Assembly (NCBI RefSeq): GCF_008831285.2
Contig: NC_045138.2
Span: 15,934,001-15,998,000, forward strand
Length of the DNA: 64,000 nucleotides
From: Nymphaea colorata
Taxonomy: Eukaryota
Reading direction: 5' to 3'
Numbering within the stretch: position 1 is the stretch's first letter; every line of letters begins with the position of its first letter. The notes beneath the pieces are model-generated. The model was given only the letters and a program-made list of their open reading frames with translations. It was not told the DNA's origin and did not search any database. Below, piece by piece: positions 29,647-40,774 of this stretch. A program made the position numbers and the translations under genes.

Positions 29647-29741
29647 TGCAAATGATGAGCGATGCTTAGTTCATAGATGTCGCTACTCCTCTCAATTGCA
29701 AACGATGAACGATACTTAGTTCATGGATGTCGCTACTCCTC
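29647..29741. repeat. Tandem duplication, 50 bp x2
   Basis: TGCAAA(T/C)GATGA(G/A)CGAT(G/A)CTTAGTTCAT(A/G)GATGTCGCTACTCCTC starts at 29647 and 29697. Confidence 0.9.
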
Positions 29742-30426
29742 ACGATGAAAGACACACTGGTTGACAGAAGTCTTAAAGCAGTCATAGACCTTAAGGGCAG
29801 GGACAAATCGACTCCAGGTATCTCCCCTCCCCCCATACTGAATTATATAATTGGAGTTTCTATATTTCCAATACTTGAAATACAAATAATCTTATTTTTT
29901 TGAATTTCAGGTTTGCCGATGAACAACGAGTGGCTCTGTGAAAAGTATTATTTGCATTAAAATCCCAAAAAAACCGTAAGACGTCACATGCAGTGTCGGC
30001 CAGGGAAGAGAGATGGACACATCATTATCAAAGAGAGGAAGGAGGTGTCCCCATAACAGATGGAACCAACACCATATCCACTTACCCATGGGAGAGCTTG
30101 CTGGCACATGATGAGTTGGATCATCCACAGTTCCAGCTCAAAATTCCAAGCTTTGTGGTCAGGAGAGAATGTCCATCTCCCAATAACTGGTAGATAATGA
30201 AGGCGCCCAATCGTTCCTGGTTCTACAGTTCACCCATCCATGGCAGCCAACAAATTTCAAATGCAAACAAATATCAAGTCCCAAAACCTACATTGATTAA
30301 TGAAACAAAGACATGGTTTTGAATGAGTTGAAAGAGAACCCAGGCCTCATCCCTCTGGAATCCTGAAAAAACCTGGTAAAAACGTAGTCACAGGTAAATG
30401 AAAAAGCAACAGCGTTTACAAATAGT

Positions 30427-30584
30427 GAACAGCAACGGTGACAAGATGACAGAGTACGTCCCTGGATTGGACCCTTTTGCAGATACCGCTTCGACAGAGT
30501 CTCTGAATGTGTTAATGGCGGGCTTGCAGGGGACACATCTCCTGCTGCTGAAAGGGAACAGCAACGGTGACAAGATGACAGAGT
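30427..30584. repeat. Perfect 29-bp direct repeat separated by 100 bp of unique sequence
   Basis: GAACAGCAACGGTGACAAGATGACAGAGT at 30427-30455 and 30556-30584. Confidence 0.95.
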
Positions 30585-31342
30585 TGACAAAGTTGCAATA
30601 CGAGGCTGAAAACAGGTCACCGCTTCCAAAACCGACCACCGGCGGCAAGAGGAACCTCTTACAAGAAGCAGCGGTCACGGCTCGGCTACAGAGGCAAAAT
30701 GAGATTAGGAGAACATAAGAAGTCGCCCATGGAGGAAGGACAGAGGTCAAGGGTTAGTTGGAGTCTGAACCTTTTAAATATTCCATGGAATCCACAAAAA
30801 GGAACTGGGAATATTCTTGAAATCGATGTGGAATTATTTCAATAACAAGGCATGGCGGCTCTTTCAACGAAGCATTTTAGTGGGAAAAGCATGAAATAAC
30901 TTTTTAAAGCATCTCATGCAGATTCCCATCAATGAAAGAAGTAGAATTAACTCGGATAAATCCCCTTCGTCGATCAGGACGAGAGATAACATAAACGATT
31001 CGCTGTGTGCGTTTTCTTTGGGGGAATCGAAATCCCAACACAGGAAAGAAAATTCTACTTCATAGACGACAGACGCGTTCGAAGCACAAGTTACACCTCT
31101 GGAATGAAAGAATGCTTCCACATCGATGGGATGCGTAAATTCGCAGGCAGAAGGAAGAGAAAAGGCAGAAGGGATGAAAGAACGCTCTGTCATCGTGCAT
31201 AATGGAATACAAGAATGAAAGAACTCATTGTTTCGCTCGAACATGTCGTATCAAGAAAGGAGAAAGAACGGGAAAAAAAATGGCAAAGAGGGATTGAATC
31301 AGAAACACCGCAAGGATGAAAGTTTAAGAAAACTATTCATAG

Positions 31343-31396
31343 AGTGGGCAGTAGAGAGGGAAGAGAGTCATTACTCTTCCGTCTCTTCTGCCCACT
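31343..31396. other. Inverted repeat / miRNA-like hairpin downstream of the CSP gene
   Basis: 23-nt arms AGTGGGCAGTAGAGAGGGAAGAG and CTCTTCCGTCTCTTCTGCCCACT form 9+5+7 bp with two single symmetric mismatches and an 8-nt loop. Confidence 0.75.
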
Positions 31397-31657
31397 AATC
31401 ATAATTCATCGTCCCCTTCTGAAGCAATCTTTCATACCCACAAGATTTAAACAAAAAAGAAAGACAGAATCAAAAAGAAAATCAAAGAAAAAAATTTAAA
31501 AAAAGGGAAAAAAAAGCGGCATGAATCCAATAAGCAAAAAAAGAAACCCTGGCACATCTGATCATGTCTCAACCATGGAAGCAATTCCCTCAAACATCCG
31601 CATCGGACCTTGTTTCCATCACTCATCAGATGGCGGGATCACCGGCAATCCGTTGCT

Positions 31658-32311
31658 TCATTTCTGCCCGGACGGACACTCGCGCGCAAAATGTCCAGGC
31701 TCCCCACAATTATAGCAAGCACCACCGCCCCCACCGCCATATCCACCGCCACCGCCTCCATATCCACCACCACCCGAGCGTCCGCCACTCCCTTGGTAAC
31801 AGTCCCTTGCCAAATGACCAGGCTGCCCGCAGGTATAGCAAGCTCCGCCGCCTCCTCCATATCCACCACCATAACTGCCGCCTCCTCCATATCCGCCACC
31901 ACCATAACCGCCACTACCATACCCGCCACGTCCCCCTCTTCCACCCCTGCCTCCCCCTCTCCCACCACCACCACCACCACTACCAAACCCACCACCGAAC
32001 CCTCTCCCGAATCCGCCGCCGCGTCCTCTACCACCACCGGAGAAACCCCTCCCACCGCCGCTGGCTGATCCACTTGGCAAGAAAGACCCGTCGGGGCCGC
32101 TGACGTCGACGGCCTTGGTGCGGCCATCCTCCCCTCTCTCGACCTCGTACTCCACGGGTTCGCCCTCCAACAAGGAGCGGAACCCTTCCGACCTGATGGA
32201 TGTCTGGTGGACGAAGAGGTCCTCGGTGCCATCGTCAGGCGTTATGAACCCGAACCCCTTTTGCATGCTGAACCACTTCACCGTCCCCGTCGCCCTCTTC
32301 GCCTGCGCCAT
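31658..32311 (-). CDS. Cold shock domain protein (CSD + Gly-rich + 2 CCHC zinc knuckles; GRP2/CSP2-like; 217 aa)
   Basis: ATG at 32311 gives [39 protein letters not shown] (CSD RNP1/RNP2), followed by RGG/Gly-rich linkers, [14 protein letters not shown] and [14 protein letters not shown]. The CDS is intronless. Confidence 0.97.
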   Translation of the reverse strand: MAQAKRATGTVKWFSMQKGFGFITPDDGTEDLFVHQTSIRSEGFRSLLEGEPVEYEVERGEDGRTKAVDVSGPDGSFLPSGSASGGGRGFSGGGRGRGGGFGRGFGGGFGSGGGGGGRGGGRGGRGGRGGYGSGGYGGGGYGGGGSYGGGYGGGGGACYTCGQPGHLARDCYQGSGGRSGGGGYGGGGGGYGGGGGGACYNCGEPGHFARECPSGQK

Positions 32312-34809
32312 CTCCCCTTCTTCCCTTCTCCCTCCCCGCCACCAACCACCCACTCGAACGCGATGAAGAAGAAGACCCCAAAAGGAACCCTAATCTGCAA
32401 CGGAGAGCAGAGGGATCACCTCATCAGAACAATAAGAGACAGAAAATGACAGAGAGAGGAGCTCCGCCGCTTCTTTAGAAGGAGACGCCTGCTCCCCACT
32501 TTAGCTCTAACCCAAAGAACGGGAGACTTCTTAGGTTTTTAACACAGCGAATCTCTTCCCACGTCTCCCCCCTCAAATGTAGATCCAACGGCCGGCAATG
32601 CTGCTAGGGACCAGTGGTCGTTTCTCGGCCGTCGATCTCCATCGGCACTTAGCAACATCTTCGTGGGGGACAGTCATCATCTATGCCTTTCTTTTTCAAT
32701 TTTTATTTTATTCACGGGAATCGTATAAGAGAAAAACGTCTGTTCTCCCTGTTCCTGGTTCCGGAGCACAGCACGGTTTGCACGAACCGGTGAAGATCGC
32801 GAATAACATCTTCTTTCGATTGAATGTCTGAGATTAGTGATTGTAATATTATGTGCAAGTGCTTTTTCTAATTTCAGATTCTTGGTGCTCGCTAGCTTAA
32901 ACCCCATAGATGTGATTCACATAGTTCTTTATTCAATAAAAAATCGGCTGCTTAATTGTGTAGCATTTCAAAGACCAACATTAAATGTGGCCGACTCAAT
33001 GAGAATTGATTGTTTAATTGTCTGACATTTCAAGAACCAATGGCCATAAAAACATCCAGTTTTGGTGGTAATGAAGAGCAGGATTCAAACTTATGCTCTA
33101 ATAAGTTAATGTTCGCGGGAAGAACACATAGTTACTCCAAACTGAGAACAGAAAACTTGAAATCAAAATTATGACTGTAAACTAAAATCGATTTCAGAGA
33201 TGAATGGGGCAGTGGGAAAATTTCCAAAATCGGCTGAATCGAATTGGAATGGGTCAAGCGATACATGCCACCGTTGAGATGGGTGGTTCATAAAATGGTG
33301 TTGCACCGATTCGATTCGAACCCTCCAATTCTCTCCAATTTGTATAGACCCGCTTTCAACTTAAAATAACAGCCCAAGCTGAGGAGCATGGATTAGGTTA
33401 CTCTTTTGGAAAACATACCATTCGAACAGTTGCTTTCCTGCCCAGAAAGTATATGCTTTCTAAACAAAGTTTGTTCCAGAATTCAATTTAAAAGCTTTTT
33501 TACAAATAAAATTTTTAAAAGTAGGGTCAACTTTGAGTATCTATTTAGTGGCAAAGATTTATTGGTCGAGAAAGCTCATGCCTGCAATCCTTGCAAGTAA
33601 GAAACAGAATACTTTGGGCATGCAAATAAAACGGTGTCTTGTTGATTGAAAAGGAAAGGAGCTATGTCAAATGACTTAAGATATAGAAAGTGAAAAGCAC
33701 GAACATCTCCGCCTGCATTGCCACCATGGTAGCCAGTAAACACGCTTAAGCAGGCAGAGAATATATACCAACATTCACGAGCATCAAGTGAAGGTGAATT
33801 TGTGCTCATAGATATGCAGATAATGGCGCATATATTCCAATGGATGACTATGGTTGGCCGCCTCTTAGTAGGAGAGCAGGGTAGATGACCACCAATGGAT
33901 AGGCCAGCATCTAATCCTAGTCATGTGGCCCACATCTATGGATGTCCCTCGTCTTCCCATTGTCAAATTTTTAACTTTTAGATCCAAAGCTTCTATTATG
34001 ATGCCAATAAGAGTTGTGACCAGCTGGCCAGTCGCTGTGCAAGAATTTCAAGTTGAAGAAATCAAGAATTTGATACTCCAAGCATATATCTTCACATCAT
34101 CTTCTAAAGAATCTGCGCAACTTTAATTTACCAAATTAAAGAAGAAGAAGAAGAAGAAGAAGAAGAAGAGCCCTACTATGATCTTTTCAAAAAATGTGAA
34201 AGCCAGGTATGAAAAAGCAGAAAACGGCTACAAAGACTATGAGCTTTCTCAAGGCATCCATCTTCCTGCCAAGCCTCCATTGACAGTGGCTGAGAATTGT
34301 TTTACGTGTATAAACACTATCCAACCCATTTTGCTAACTGTGAATGACAATATGAGAATACTTCATTTGAAATATTTCCCCAAATTTGGGGTTTTCCCAC
34401 ATGAAATTCTGTTCCTATTTTCTGCCATATCTATGAAGGAAATGAATCATCAAAGAGACGTATGCCTTACGACAACTATATTCTTCTCCCCAGAAAAGAA
34501 AAGACAATCAAATCTTACTCAAGGGCCACAAGAACTTGGGACCTATTCCCCAACAGCGGATCATGGGAGAAAAAGGCAAATTTCTTTCAGTGTCCATGGA
34601 ATCAACTGGCTTGTTACTTGGAACAGAAGCTTCGGCATAAAAATCTCCACTGTCAATCACCTCTATAAGTTACGCCCACTGTCAAACAACACACATTAGA
34701 AAACCCACTTGAAATTTTACCTTCTAGATATCCGTTTGCATAGGTGTCCACCAGCTAAACAATACTTGAATAAGCCATTCCACGCTCATCTCTCAACCAT
34801 CAAATCAGA

Positions 34810-37800
34810 TCAAGAATTAGCAATCTCCCCTTCTTCCAAATCCTGACCCGCAACGTAAGCATCACTTGAAATAGAAAGATCACCTCTATATCTGCCTTCA
34901 GAGTCGAAGCTTGACATGTTTTGAAGCAGTTCAGTCCTCACAAAGTCTTCCTCATTAGAGAACCCACAGTCAGGGCCCTGAACATGACCAGCATCCGACC
35001 CATCAAGCAAGTTGAAACAAGATGTTGGCAAGACATCCTCAAAGTCAAAATTAGTGTCTCTGTCAACTCCTAAATCTTGTATGTCTGCTGGAAAATAGTC
35101 AAAACATTCTTTTTCCTTACGATCAAATGTGTCACTATGCGAATGTCCAGCCAAGAATGATTCACTGTCACCCTCTACAGTTAAAGTATCAGTGTGAGCA
35201 GACTCAGGGTTCGCACAGGTTACAGAACAAGAACGAGATTCTTCAGCAGGAACATCATTTTTGTCTTCAACCTTCTCATTTGATGTAACACCAATGGAGC
35301 TAGGAAGACCACTTAAAGATTCAGCAGACCCGTTATCAGTATCTCGTTTTGAAAAATCGCTAACACCAAATTTGTCGAAATGCAATGGGAGAACAACAAG
35401 GATGATGGGGAACTCTAACACGGTGATGCCTGCCAACTGTTTGCTCAGACTACAATTAATGTTCAACTCACGAAATGGTGATTCAGTACCCTGGAATAAC
35501 AAAACGCAGAGTCCAAACAACAATTATAAAATCTTCATATTGGACTGATCAAATGAAACTGCAGGACATAGTTATCTTTCTTTTATTAGAATATGGTGGC
35601 AGTAATTAGGAAAATCGAAAAAAACTATCACCTTCACTTTTTCCCTTATAAAGAACTTGAGATTGTCCACTGACTCTTTCCGAAATGGCCTCAGCTTGCA
35701 CTGTTTCTGAGTATTCCATGAACCATCAATTTTCAAATGATTTTCAACTAAGGACCGCAGGCTTTTATGCTCATCCACTCTGAAACATGAGGCAATAAAC
35801 TGAAGTCATTTCAGAAAAAAAATGAGTTAAGAGATATTAGCTGATATATGGTAGAAAAGCAAGGTAAGGAATTTCTACAGCAATGTGATAGGAAAATTAT
35901 AGTGACAAGATAGTCTCTGTAGAAATAAAAACCAAGAAGGAAGACGGATAATCATTTCCTTTCTGTTTTCGCTTAACAGTCAAAACATGATCTTCACTCA
36001 AAAGTCAGAACATGATCTTTGTTGATACAATCACATGCAAGAGGAAATAAGGCATAACATCTAATGGCAGGAGAAAGGTGAATTTTTTTTTTTTATCCAT
36101 GAACTTCTTTGCACCTACCATCTCCCATAGAGGGTTTACCGTTTACAGATCAGCCTCAACCTTGCAGTAATTTTCTGGGTTCTAGGATTGGCCTTAAGAA
36201 TAAAATATCATAAATATAATCATTCAGTGAACTTTAAAGTGGTTAATGGCCATTATCATAAGCAACATATGAAACTTATGATATTATCAAGATATATGGA
36301 CATCTAAAAATACCATACCAAGACCACCACACTTCTGAACATTTTCGCTTTAGGTTTATAAATAAATTTCATTAAAAAAACTATATTGAAAACAACTGGG
36401 GTATTTCCTATGCAACAATTCAACGAAAATTCCCATGTAAGTTTCAAATGTCATACAGACACCAAAAAGGTGGTCAATTGTGTGGATTACTCAATAGAAG
36501 TTTCACTACCATACCAACATTGTCTGTATCAAGAGTGAAAGAGTCTGTGTGGTGTTGTTCCGGTCTCGTAGTGTTGGTTTTCCTGTTTTCCTCCTTGTAT
36601 GGTTGGTTAGGTCAGGTTTGTTTATCATCCTTCCGGTGAGAATATCAGAATGCCTTCCAGAGGTTGGTCAGAGATCGAGAGGTCAAAGTGCAGTTCTCCA
36701 AGCGCCTCAAGGAGAAGTCTAACCATTGGCAGAACCAACTCTATACTCTTCTTTTATACTCACTTGCTATAACAACTGTAGCATTGGTATTTTCTCACAA
36801 TAAATATCTAAATTCAACTGATAGACAACACCAAGTGTGCAGATGCCTACAAAAAGACATCTCAAATACCAGCTCAACTGAAACCAGTCATAGACCACAA
36901 ATATAAAAAGAACCTTACCCATGGTCAACAAGAACGATATCTGTCGAATAGAAACCCCACTCAATGGTCCAAAAAATGACTTTCTTCCTGTATAAGGAAA
37001 CGGAATGAAAAATTATAAGACATGCACCTTTTATCAACTGAAGAAATTTACCTTTAAATAAAATAAAACACAAGCATCTTCACCATGCAAATATGCAACT
37101 ACATACAGTACTACTGAGAGTCTCGGACATCAAGATAACCTTTTGTGGAAAACCATAAATATGGCACACATATTCCTAGAATAAGGTGCGTTTCACGCAG
37201 GACAGTTGCTCAACGAATTCAAGTTACAGACTTTATGGCATAAAATGCAGCTGGCATCATGATATTGGTGGCATGATACTGACAGCTAAACATGCAAATC
37301 CAACTGATTCATGTTAGCAAGAATAAAATCTGTTCGAACAACCGAAGGAACAAATAAATACAGGATCAGGAAACTATTTCAGGCCAAGCGAAGCACATGC
37401 AGAACTCCTGATATGCACAAAAAATGAACAGCACAAGGTCGGAGAAACTACCAAGTTCCTGCACATCATGATACTAAAGTTAATATTTGCATATGATTCA
37501 GTATCCAAAGCTGAATACAATATGAAAATATCATAGTCCAACTGTCCGAGGAAGAATCATGTCTTTATCATGGTTATCAAAATTTAAACTATTTAGCCTG
37601 GTAGCTACTAGGAGGACTAATCCAGATCAACAACCCAGATAGCCCTGAAAATTGACAGTCTGCCAAGACTAATACTTGGGATGAGAAAAGAATTTTGTTG
37701 ATTTCAATAAAATCAGCATTCACACTTCTCTAGAATATATTTTATGCATAGCGAATATACCGTGTTTTAAGGACACATTTTCATGAACTCTACATTTTAA

Positions 37801-38677
37801 TTTTAAACAGATATAATATCTAGGTCCATGCTTGCCTGAAATTCCTCATACTTTCTTTACTTGTAGATTCATTACATGCATATTTGTTTAGGTTCAAAGC
37901 ACATGAAGGAGAATTTATCAAACCGCTCGTTCGTATCTCCAACAGCTCTTTCAACGACATGTTACAAAGATTCTTAATTTGGTTTAAAGAAAAAAAATAT
38001 CATAGCCCAAGCAGATTGCAGAAATCTTAAGCAAGAACAAGCAGACACCAACAAAAAAGTTACCCATAAACAAACGGCATGAAACGAAAGAAAGACTAAC
38101 CAACGATTATAATAAGATCGATTCTTCTTTTTCATGGTCATTCCGGCCGGCAGGAGCAAAACGTCGATCTTCCGAGTGCGAGCAACACGCCGTAGTTCCT
38201 TCGCCCTCAAAGACAATTTAAAACCAGCGCCTCCTATCAATCCTTGCCTCAACTTCCGAGCAGACTCCGCCACTCTCTTGGTCTCCTCCAGCAGATTGTA
38301 ATCTTTCACAGCACAACAACCAGAAAATTAAAGAGAGAGAACAAATTGCTAATGGAAACTGACAACGTTGGTAGTGGAGACGGAAGCGGCGTTTGGGGAA
38401 AAGAACCTGAGATGAGGTGGGCATCGTTGAATTCGGAGATAGGGATGAAGTGGGTTCGGTCCCTCCTGCCATTACAGTTGGTCCTTTGCTTATGGGACTT
38501 GACGCAGGGGAGGCTGCAGGTGCGGAGAGAGCAACCTGGGCATCGATATTTGAAGGGTTGCACACCACACTCTTCACAGAGAGATGGACGAGGCGGCGGT
38601 TGTTCTTCGGTTGCTGCTGCTGTTGGGTGTAATGGCGACGGTGACAAAGTCACCTTGGGATTCTGGATTTCTTCCAT
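34810..38677 (-). CDS. BCD1: Box C/D snoRNP assembly protein BCD1/ZNHIT6-like (zf-HIT; ~456 aa, 5 exons)
   Basis: Exons 38677-38407, 38302-38101, 36987-36919, 35779-35632 and 35490-34810 (1371 nt, GT-AG). Contains the zf-HIT CEECGVQPFKYRCPGCSLRTCSLPCVKSHKQRTNC, then SDYNLLEE, LPAGM, IFWTIEW, VLEFPIILV and a C-terminal DLEEGEI. An alternative in-frame ATG lies at 38704. Confidence 0.92.
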
Positions 38678-38704
38678 GAGAGAGGGGAGGTTTGTAGTGA
38701 CCAT

Positions 38705-38855
38705 GGGTTTAGGGCTTAAGAGGGCGGAGGTAGTGCTGCAAACGGATCGGACATGGTTAAATACCCGACATCTGACTAGAAATTCCACAGATTCGTGTCC
38801 TCGAAGCAAGATTACAACGCCTCGTTCACTCATTGGGTCCTAAATTCGGGCTCAT
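38705..38855 (-). promoter_or_regulatory. Telo-box-like and site II-like motifs upstream of BCD1
   Basis: GGGTTTAGGG at about 38705, and TGGGTCC/CGGGCTC at about 38834-38853. This combination is typical of plant ribosome-biogenesis genes, but the motifs are short and imperfect. Confidence 0.35.
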
Positions 38856-40662
38856 ATTTGCTTGCTTTTAATGTTTGAATCATTCTCAATGTAGTGTTTT
38901 AGTTAATACTTTGTTTCAGTGAATGTGTTGTAATTTCTTTTTTTTTCTCACCAGAAACTTTTCAAGAATCCAAGAAATTTGATCGATCTTCATGTGTTTA
39001 CTTCGAGAGTGTCTCCTCAGTTCTAGCCGACAATCTTTCCCTAGCAAGTGGTAAAAGGAGAATATAGAAAAACCCAAGATCAAATTTTTTGCCCAAGTTT
39101 TCCATGGCATTGTCCTTTTAAAGTTTAGTGGTATCAGGACTCACTCTTGTGCTCAAAAGAAATATTTCAATATAAAAATTAGCTAGCTTCTCTAGAGACA
39201 AAAGACAGCTCCCAACAAGAGCTCCTTCATGTAAGATCTTCAAGTTGAAGAAGGTCATCCCGTAACTGAGGTGGAATCTTTTTGGATGATATGATAAAGG
39301 GTTTCTCAGGCTCACTTTTCCAACATTTATGGCTGGTTTGGCAAAGGGAACAGTATGTAACTATTTCATGAATCTGCCTAATTATTTTGAAATATTTGTG
39401 GAACAGTTACAAAGAGGTTTCATTGCCAAACGAAATATTAAGGAAAACATGGTTAGGTTGCCATTTCAAATACTATCAGCTAAAAGATGTATGAAGATGT
39501 ATGACATTTTATTACCATTTTGATGTGGTATGGAATCTTCTTAAGTGCAATGTTTAATGGATCTTTTGCCATTTTATACTGTCCTCTCCAAATTCAACTC
39601 TCAATCTATTTTGGCATCAATAAAGCAGATCCCCGAATGAACTATTCAGATACTGCTTATTTTTGGCTCAGCATTGAATTGAGATACGGTGTTAAAAATA
39701 CAAAATGATATTTAAATTTTTACATGTCATTTAACTGTCGGGACAGCGTGAGAGATTCCTAATTCCTAATGCCCGAGTGAAAGGCTTAAGCCCCTCTTCT
39801 TCTCCCTGCCTTCAGGGTTCAGAGTTATGTCATAAATTTGAATGTTGCACATGTCATCATTTGCAGTGAGTAGCACTCATAAGAATCAAATTAAAGAAGC
39901 ATTGTCAATGTGGCACTTAGGTAGACCAGCTATGCTATGCCATACCGGGCTACATGTCCTCTAATTGAAATGTTCATCAGAATGGGATATTTGCTGGATT
40001 CAATAAGGAAAATCCTACACCATATGCCTTGTCTGCATCTAACTTTATAAATGGGTCGGATACTTCTAATTCCAATCTGATTTCACATCCGTTTAGCTGG
40101 TTCTAATAAAAGAATCTGGTTCAATTTATTAGTCAAATTCTGATTCTCCTTGCAGTTTGATAGCTGCACCTGCCCAATATTCTGCTGGGAACCCAAAAAG
40201 ATCCAAACCCAACTATAAATGCCATATCCTATTATAGTTGTATCTAAATTCAGTTTTACAAACAAGACTCTGAAGTTAATCAAAGTTGTATCTCATTACA
40301 TGAAGTTAAACTAGTCGAATTCGGTAAATGCTATATCCAAACTCTAACCCGAACCTTTTGCAGCTCTAGATTGTCAATGGGATGTGAACTATCTTGCTGA
40401 ATCCAACTACTCTAGTTTGGATTCTATTGAATTTGATTCGGGCCACTGTCATCCCCAAGTCAAATATGTAGTTGTTTAAGATAGTAAAACCCCACAGCTA
40501 GAACGCTCACTCGCAAAGTGTATCCAACTCATCAGCTTTTATAACAAGCAAGGGACAAAAAAAAATGAAGGTACCTCGAAGAGGCCAAAGTCCTCATCCC
40601 CACCCTTCCCCCTGTCTTCGTCCAAAACTGTTTCAGGGTCTAGAATAGGGAGTGTGACACAC

Positions 40663-40774
40663 ATCATTTAGAGGGTCATGCATTCACCGTTTGCAGTCAA
40701 GTGAAATAGCGGCCACAAATCATTTAGATGGTCATGCATTCACCGTTTGCAGTCAAGTAAAATAGCGGCCACAA
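40663..40774. repeat. Tandem duplication, 56 bp x2
   Basis: ATCATTTAGA(G/T)GGTCATGCATTCACCGTTTGCAGTCAAGT(G/A)AAATAGCGGCCACAA starts at 40663 and 40719. Confidence 0.92.

Noticed and set aside
29650..29750. Box C-like ATGATGA suggesting a C/D snoRNA
   Set aside because: No box D (CTGA) with a terminal stem at a suitable distance. The sequence is explained as a 50-bp tandem duplication.
30823..31125. TTCCACATCG motifs resembling the plant snRNA upstream sequence element
   Set aside because: They differ from RTCCCACATCG, have no TATA at the canonical spacing, and no snRNA-like sequence follows.
31564..32232. His-rich (179 aa), Thr/Ser-rich (152 aa) and Val-rich (197 aa) overlapping ORFs
   Set aside because: These are shadow frames produced by the stop-poor GGN codon repeats of the real CSP gene.
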